Part shown: positions 58,913 through 64,000 of the stretch, in pieces
How the letters are laid out: each line of letters opens with the position of its first letter
Position numbering within the stretch: the stretch's first letter is position 1
Virus record (IMG/VR): IMGVR_UViG_3300014613_000017
Span: 1-64,000 of that record
Length of the DNA: 64,000 bases
DNA from: a virus
Direction: 5' to 3' (one strand)
Program-made: the position numbers and the translations under genes
Notes under the pieces: model-generated
Databases searched by the model: none
The model's input: the letters and a program-made list of their open reading frames with translations, nothing else
What the model was told of the DNA's origin: nothing

Positions 58913-59449
58913 TCATTTTCTTACTACATTTACATCAATCAGCTTATTAATTTTACCATCCATTATTGTAGGCATTGGATTAATACTTACTCCACCTTTT
59001 CTCACTTCAAAATGGAGATGTGCGCCTGTTGACCTTCCTGTATTCCCACTCTCTGCTATGATTTCACCTACTTTTACCTTATCGCCTATATTCACATTAA
59101 ACTCGCTCAAATGACCGTATATGACCAATCTTCCATCAGGTGTACGTATCTGAACTGACTTGCCATAACCTACATCTCCTGTGTCTCTAACCTTTTCAAC
59201 TGTACCATCAACAACTGACTTTAATTCTGTTCCTTCTGGTATAACAAAATCGCAACCTGTATGTCCGTTTGGATGAATGTGAGATACATCTCCATAAGCT
59301 GCTGATATATCCCACAAATTATAAGCTGCAACTGGATCAGACATTAATGTGCATGAGATTGATATGATGATAGCTCCCATTAGGATAATTTTCATTAGAT
59401 ACTTTCCATACAATCTGTAAACCACTTTAATCTTATTTGTAAAACTCAT
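58913..59449 (-). CDS. M23 family metallopeptidase with N-terminal TM
   Basis: HTGCD, YGHL and STGAHLHFEV. Confidence 0.9.
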   Translation of the reverse strand: MSFTNKIKVVYRLYGKYLMKIILMGAIIISISCTLMSDPVAAYNLWDISAAYGDVSHIHPNGHTGCDFVIPEGTELKSVVDGTVEKVRDTGDVGYGKSVQIRTPDGRLVIYGHLSEFNVNIGDKVKVGEIIAESGNTGRSTGAHLHFEVRKGGVSINPMPTIMDGKINKLIDVNVVRK

Positions 59450-59800
59450 TTCATCTTCCCTTCGTATTTCTTTATACTACATTATACGCTAGGACTGTAT
59501 ATTTGTTACTTATAATTTAGTAATTCAATGTGTTTAGTGTTATTCTGCTTTCAACAATTTAACTCGTAGCTGATCTTCTGTTGTTCCCAAGTCTTCTGCA
59601 TATACTTCTCTTGCTTCCTTTTCAGCTTCTTTCACAGTAAAAGCTTCAATTGTAATCCTAAACTTTTGTGGAAAGAAACCGTCTGATACTTCAAATGTGT
59701 ACTTTTTCATTTTGAATCGCTCCCTTGTTATTAGTTTATGTCTTGCTAGTTTTATTATACCACCTTAGTAGCTATACAAAACCTTTTATTTATAATTTAT

Positions 59801-60112
59801 TTAAAACTCTTGCATTACTAAGTTTCTATTAACAGTTATATTGCAATTCTCACACCATGTCATAACAGTTTCTAATAGTTTATTCCCTTCCTTAATTGCT
59901 TCTTCTTTCTCATCTGTCTCAAATGTATGTGTAACCTCATCTGAAATTAATGATCCATCTTTAGCGAATACCAATACAACTAAATCAAAATTGTCATCAT
60001 CTGAATAATGTTCTAATCGTACCATTACATTTAACTCGCATTGACTTTGAAGATAAGCGACTTGACGTAATACTGATTGTTTCACAAGTGGTAGCTCTTT
60101 GTAAGTTGTCAT
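59801..60112 (-). CDS. hypothetical protein
   Basis: RBS. Confidence 0.7.
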   Translation of the reverse strand: MTTYKELPLVKQSVLRQVAYLQSQCELNVMVRLEHYSDDDNFDLVVLVFAKDGSLISDEVTHTFETDEKEEAIKEGNKLLETVMTWCENCNITVNRNLVMQEF

Positions 60113-60286
60113 TTTAATATCCCCTTTATGGTTATAGTTTGTTATGACTGTTCATTATGTATGGAGTAGCATTTGCTACCCCTTTTGATTTTCGTGATGT
60201 GAGTTTCATCTAATTAAGTATTCTTTCCCACAATAGATGTAAAAGCTGCTGGAATTGTCCACGCTGATCTATTGCAGTCTAAACAC

Positions 60287-60463
60287 TCAATTTGTAGTGG
60301 CTAAAACGTTTCCTTTCATGTCAAACTTTAATTCCTTTGTTGCTAACTCAAACTGATCCATGTTGATTCCTAGTGATGCTTTTCTGTGAGCGTTTAGAAT
60401 ATGGTTGACTGTAGCAGTCGCTTTTAGTTGTGCCTTGCCTTGAAGCTGATTCACTTTGTACAT
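60287..60463 (-). CDS. hypothetical protein
   Basis: GGGAGG RBS before MYKV. Confidence 0.55.
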   Translation of the reverse strand: MYKVNQLQGKAQLKATATVNHILNAHRKASLGINMDQFELATKELKFDMKGNVLATTN

Positions 60464-60586
60464 GCTATCCCTCCCTTCTGTTATTGTTTCATTCTTTCTA
60501 ATACATTGTATGTTCATGGTGTCACAAGTATTACATTATTATTTATTAATTCGCAAAAAGAAATGACTTCCCTGTGCTTAATTAAT

Positions 60587-60615
60587 ACTTTACAGTAAGA
60601 ATAAAAGGAAGTCAA
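60587..60615 (-). promoter_or_regulatory. sigmaA promoter
   Basis: TTGACT-17-TAAAGT. Confidence 0.55.
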
Positions 60616-60653
60616 CAATAATGTTTATTTAATTTATAATTTATTATAACTAT

Positions 60654-60875
60654 TTAAGAAGTAATACGCTCATACACTTTTTGTCGCTGTTCTAACTTCT
60701 CAATTGTTACTTGAGGCTGTAACGCTTCTTTCTTCCATTGCTTAATTAAATGTAATGGAACTATTTCAAAACCTTGCTCTTTATTGAAGCGTTTAGCAAG
60801 AACAATTGCATTGAAAGGTATTTCATTAGAAAGCAAATCAATTAGTATTTTATGATAGTCTTTTGTTTTGTCCAT
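60654..60875 (-). CDS. hypothetical protein, paralog of 62655..62909
   Basis: TK.YH.I.I..L....PF.AI.LA..FN.E.GF..P...I..WK shared. Confidence 0.7.
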   Translation of the reverse strand: MDKTKDYHKILIDLLSNEIPFNAIVLAKRFNKEQGFEIVPLHLIKQWKKEALQPQVTIEKLEQRQKVYERITS

Positions 60876-60908
60876 TTCGCCACTTCCAATTACCATTATT
60901 TATAAACG

Positions 60909-62000
60909 TTAGAACATTAGTGATACATCTTCTACTGGCTCAACCTTTAATGGAATAGCTTCAACTTGCTCAACTTGTCTTCTTTGATACTCTTCCTTAT
61001 TAACCATTTCAATAAAGCGTAATTCAGCAATGTTCCACAAGTCGATAAATTCATTATTTTTTTCAAGCTGCTGTATTCTCTTTGTGGCTATATTCATAAA
61101 CTTTTCTTCCTGTTTGTTGGGCTTTCTGAATTCTAACGATGCTTTAGTTTGAATGTAAATAAAATAATCTTCTTCATTAGGATAGATATTGTAACCTTGC
61201 TGATCTTCATATGTTGAGAAAATTGTAATTGTGTCAGCTATTGTTTCACTATAGTCTTTCTTGTTCATTAGTTTACTTATATCAAAAGTATCATCTTTAG
61301 GAATATGCTTTCTAAATTGTATATTCGCTACTGACTCCTCATATTTCAATGTCTGTACAGTCTTTTCAATATCATCAAAAGGAACAACTCTGTATGAGTT
61401 AATTTCTTGTATCTTCTGGCTATCATCATCATTAGCTACGTAGTTACCTATATTTTTATAGATGATTCCCTTTTCTATTGCCTTCTTTATCCTACTTATA
61501 GCTGTTTGTGGAGAACATTTTAATAACCTTGCCCATCTAGCATAGCTTGTATTAAATGATCCTGCTCTATGCCACCTAGCAACATTAATAAATATTAAGA
61601 GTTCTAAAGGGTTTTCAAATTTATCAAGCGTTGTATGTTTCATTGTTGTATATCCTGAGTGAACGTAATCAACAAATGAAATACGGATGCTATCATTTGA
61701 CTTAAAGTTATTAACAACTTCACCTTCAAAATTTACAATGTGAATGATTTCTTTAGCCTGAAGTGAAATTAAATTTTCATTAATACATTTCATATTCTTA
61801 TCTCTCTTACTGAAAAATTTAACTTTTGAGTAGTCAGATAAGAGTGAAACAGTTGTATTGATTTCATTGGTGATGTTTTTATCTTTGTATAATGTAGCAT
61901 AAAGGTATAACTCTTCTGCTGTCAGATGTGTTTCCATATCTTCCTCTAATAAATAGTTAGGAAATAATACGAATGGTACTGCTGTCTCTTTGATTGTCAA
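60909..62000 (-). CDS. putative replication initiator (winged-helix type)
   Basis: FV.FPN.L...L...ELYLY..L N-terminus, second HTH segment, phased repeats upstream. Confidence 0.55.
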   Translation of the reverse strand: MTIKETAVPFVLFPNYLLEEDMETHLTAEELYLYATLYKDKNITNEINTTVSLLSDYSKVKFFSKRDKNMKCINENLISLQAKEIIHIVNFEGEVVNNFKSNDSIRISFVDYVHSGYTTMKHTTLDKFENPLELLIFINVARWHRAGSFNTSYARWARLLKCSPQTAISRIKKAIEKGIIYKNIGNYVANDDDSQKIQEINSYRVVPFDDIEKTVQTLKYEESVANIQFRKHIPKDDTFDISKLMNKKDYSETIADTITIFSTYEDQQGYNIYPNEEDYFIYIQTKASLEFRKPNKQEEKFMNIATKRIQQLEKNNEFIDLWNIAELRFIEMVNKEEYQRRQVEQVEAIPLKVEPVEDVSLMF

Positions 62001-62106
62001 TGTGTGTAGCTCCTCTTTAAGTAATTTAATTTATTGTTCTGATTAATAGTTGCTTTATGTTTATAGTTTATATATTTATGTTTATATAATGTAAACTATC
62101 AAAAAA

Positions 62107-62201
62107 GAGGTGCAACTTACCCCTTGTTTTGTATACCCATATATAATTCGAGGTGTAAATTACCCCTCAGTTTAATTAATTCGAGGTGTGTTTCACCCCC
62201 T
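62107..62201. repeat. three iteron-like direct repeats GAGGTG-N6-ACCCC at 62107, 62150 and 62183
   Basis: Seen directly; spacings of 43 and 33 bp, about 4 and 3 helical turns. Confidence 0.75.
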
Positions 62202-62385
62202 GTTTTAAATTAAATTCTTTTAAGTCTGCTCGTAATTCATCATTCATCTCAAATAAATAGAATAGCTTCATAGTATCTCTGTGAATAGCCTTAGTAATAT
62301 ATTTATGTCCTTTTAATATTAACTGAGTGGATAACTTCTTACTGTAGCAGAAAAAATACTTGCTTTCAGTTGATTCGATTATCAT
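62176..62385 (-). CDS. small protein (DUF5659-like pattern) upstream of rep
   Basis: F.CYS..L...L...G..YI......T....YLF. Confidence 0.65.
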   Translation of the reverse strand: MIIESTESKYFFCYSKKLSTQLILKGHKYITKAIHRDTMKLFYLFEMNDELRADLKEFNLKQGVKHTSN

Positions 62386-62654
62386 TGTTTTCTCTCCCTC
62401 ATTTGTATTCTAAAAAAATCTATTAGGGATTCAAAAAGCCCCTACATTATTAACTATATGCTTTTTTCTCTCTTTTATCAATAGCAAAGTAAAATAAATT
62501 ATAGTTTATTATTAAATGTTCACAATTTAGACACATATAAAGATTATTACTTATAATTTACTTTATATCAAGTTAATCTCAATCCCTTTAGGATTACAAC
62601 ATTTTACTCTCATAATTTTCCCTTTAGGAATTCTCAACTTTAATCTCAGATTTT

Positions 62655-62909
62655 TCATTTTTGATTTTTCAAAACTCGTTTCCATTTTTCAATCTCAAGC
62701 TCTGGAATTAGACTGAACCCGTTCTCCCTGTTAAACTCCATTGCTAACCTGATTGCTTTAAATGGATGCTCCTTATTCAGCATTTCTATCATTATATGAT
62801 GATACTCTTTAGTTAATGGTAGCTCAATGTAATCTGATTGATCGTTAGTCTGTTGTTGTTGCTGAATAGGTTGCTGGAAAGGTTGAAATTGTAAGATAGC
62901 TGCTGTCAT
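62655..62909 (-). CDS. hypothetical protein, paralog of 60654..60875
   Basis: See paralog; Gln-rich N-terminus. Confidence 0.7.
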   Translation of the reverse strand: MTAAILQFQPFQQPIQQQQQTNDQSDYIELPLTKEYHHIMIEMLNKEHPFKAIRLAMEFNRENGFSLIPELEIEKWKRVLKNQK

Positions 62910-62947
62910 TGTATTGTCTCCTTTAGTGGTTAGATTATGTAGTTAAT

Positions 62948-63289
62948 TTAGATTCTGCTGTCAGCATGATAGTCCACAAACAATTCTCCATCTAAGAATG
63001 AATTATTGATTGCAACTACTTCCACATAGCCACCTTTTGAGCATTCACCATACTTTTCAATCAATCCATCATTGATAAAGTCTAAGATGCTATTCACGTC
63101 TGCCCATGATGGTAATTCATTGTCAGTTACAATTTGAAAATCAATGTCGCTTGTATCTGGATTAAAATGTTCTGTTCCATAGCTTCCAACTAAATTAACA
63201 CTTGAAACGTTAAGACCACTAACTTCAGGATTGTATTTTCTTAGCTCATTGAAAAGCTTTCTAATTGTTTGCTTATAAGTATTAATCAT
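62948..63289 (-). CDS. minimal nucleotidyltransferase (Pol-beta superfamily)
   Basis: LVGSY......SDIDF motif and third acidic residue VEVV. Confidence 0.75.
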   Translation of the reverse strand: MINTYKQTIRKLFNELRKYNPEVSGLNVSSVNLVGSYGTEHFNPDTSDIDFQIVTDNELPSWADVNSILDFINDGLIEKYGECSKGGYVEVVAINNSFLDGELFVDYHADSRI

Positions 63290-63333
63290 TCTCAATTCCC
63301 TCTTTCTAATTGGTTTATGTATTGCTTACTTTT

Positions 63334-63362
63334 ATAATACTAAATTATAACACAAGTGTCAA
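63334..63362 (-). promoter_or_regulatory. strong sigmaA early promoter
   Basis: TTGACA-17-TATTAT; reversed TTATAATTTAG motif in the spacer. Confidence 0.7.
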
Positions 63363-63834
63363 CATCAAATAATAAAACTTTTTTGAATGGTTAGATATGT
63401 GATAAAACACTAGGAAAACATACTCTTTATAGCCCCTATTGTCGAATAAAATGGCTCTTTTAATTTGAGTGTGAATAGGCTGCTGGAATGTATCTGAGGC
63501 TTGTTAAAATGATGTTGTGAGTGAGTTAGTGTGTTATGTGAATGATTGATTGAATTATGTAATGAGTGGATATAATGAGGTTAGATGTTCTATTCGAGTT
63601 GTAGTTTAAACACTGAGATAGCTGCAACTTGAATTTTTCGTGGTTCTGTTTTTTGCGAACTGTTATTTTGATTTTGAAAATTTTCTTATAAGAATATCCC
63701 AGCATGAAATTTCGCTGCCTGTTATATGAAAAAGCCCAGCTCGAATTTTTGTTTGCTGTTATATGAGAATATGTAAAACCTCTATATATAAAACCCTAAA
63801 ATAAGCTCGATTTTGACCTATTTTGACCTCTAAT

Positions 63835-63872
63835 TGAGAATAATTATCACTACTAACTGATAATAATTATCA
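63835..63872. promoter_or_regulatory. tandem Fur boxes
   Basis: TGAGAAT-A-ATTATCA (63835-63849) and perfect TGATAAT-A-ATTATCA (63858-63872). Confidence 0.65.
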
Positions 63873-64000
63873 TTTAATGCTATTTTAATATAGATTTTTT
63901 CTTATATTTCCTCTAAACGTTGATATATAGCCATTCTATGGGCTTTTCATGCTATTCTATATGCTTTTTAATAATCGCTTTATTGATCGCTTATAATACC

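Larger units (their letters stand above)
2173..62565 (-). repeat. dispersed oriented motif TTATA(A/G)TTTA(T/C)T (coding strand ARTAAAYTATAA), about 40 copies
   Basis: Examples: 2173,4376,5026,9855,11430,16589,16896,20839,21779,24184,30301,32709,33844,36083,37672,37704,39858,42920,47043,47863,49365,54485,55791,58874,59790,60634,62499. Confidence 0.85.
9882..63462. repeat. dispersed palindrome family TAAAA-N6-TTTTA (at least 32 exact copies)
   Basis: Starts: 9882,12512,12710,12982,13608,14415,15699,15868,21806,21964,21999,36389,36707,36936,37731,38030,39099,39419,39840,40488,42443,43747,45201,45699,46477,46637,48082,55023,55287,57601,58516,63447; 1-2 mismatch copies at 14098,24873,25586,41397,43991,44651,48492,49153. 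Confidence 0.9.
1..64000 (-). mobile_element. SPbeta-like temperate phage/prophage, early-replication arm
   Basis: Gene order YopP/YopQ/YopR-like, small ORFs, SSB, AAA ATPase, helicase, primase, RecJ, DnaE, 3D protein, RNR, ThyA and serine recombinase parallels SPbeta; no host housekeeping cluster seen. Confidence 0.9.

Noticed and set aside
60909-62000. AimR arbitrium receptor
   Set aside because: Similar size, but no TPR pattern and no adjacent signal-peptide gene; the N-terminus looks like a winged-helix initiator.
2173-62565. PerR boxes for the TTATAAT-containing motif
   Set aside because: Only one half-site matches TTATAAT-N-ATTATAA, and the motif is asymmetric and oriented.
9882-63462. 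CRISPR or mini-array reading of the dispersed repeats
   Set aside because: Units are 16 bp, separated by whole genes, with no regular spacer period and no cas genes.
1-64000. tRNA, rRNA, reverse transcriptase/DGR, IS transposase
   Set aside because: No cloverleaf, rRNA-like segment, RT motif or transposase signature recognised by eye; tRNAscan-SE and Infernal would be needed to exclude small RNAs.

Overview
The whole 64 kb looks like the early/replication arm of an SPbeta-like Bacillota (pro)phage, with almost every gene on the minus strand. Read in the direction of transcription, from the right end: early promoters, a minimal nucleotidyltransferase and a Rep-like initiator with three phased repeats; two Xre regulators and the YopP/YopQ/YopR(MrpR)-like lysogeny module, with no arbitrium aimR/aimP in the window; a long array of small accessory genes; a replication block (RusA, SSB, AAA ATPase, DnaB-like helicase, primase, RecJ/DHH, DnaE); a dNTP block (dNMP kinase, class I RNR, flavodoxin, NrdH, NTP-PPase, ThyA, DHFR); a sporulation-type sigma factor; and a large serine recombinase ending at base 48. 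The main unexplained structure is a palindrome, TAAAA-N6-TTTTA. I found at least 32 exact copies by eye, each with a different 6-bp spacer, and they bracket single small genes like integron cassettes. An orphan tyrosine recombinase with a nearly intact active site lies in the same window. Other notable items: an ORF-less group I intron in a Walker A motif next to a free-standing LAGLIDADG gene, a prfB-type CUU-UGA-C +1 frameshift in recJ, a non-AUG start for the primase, about 40 copies of an oriented TTATAATTTATT motif, two antisense Sin-domain paralogs, and tandem Fur boxes. All family assignments come from motifs recognised by eye; no database searches were run.
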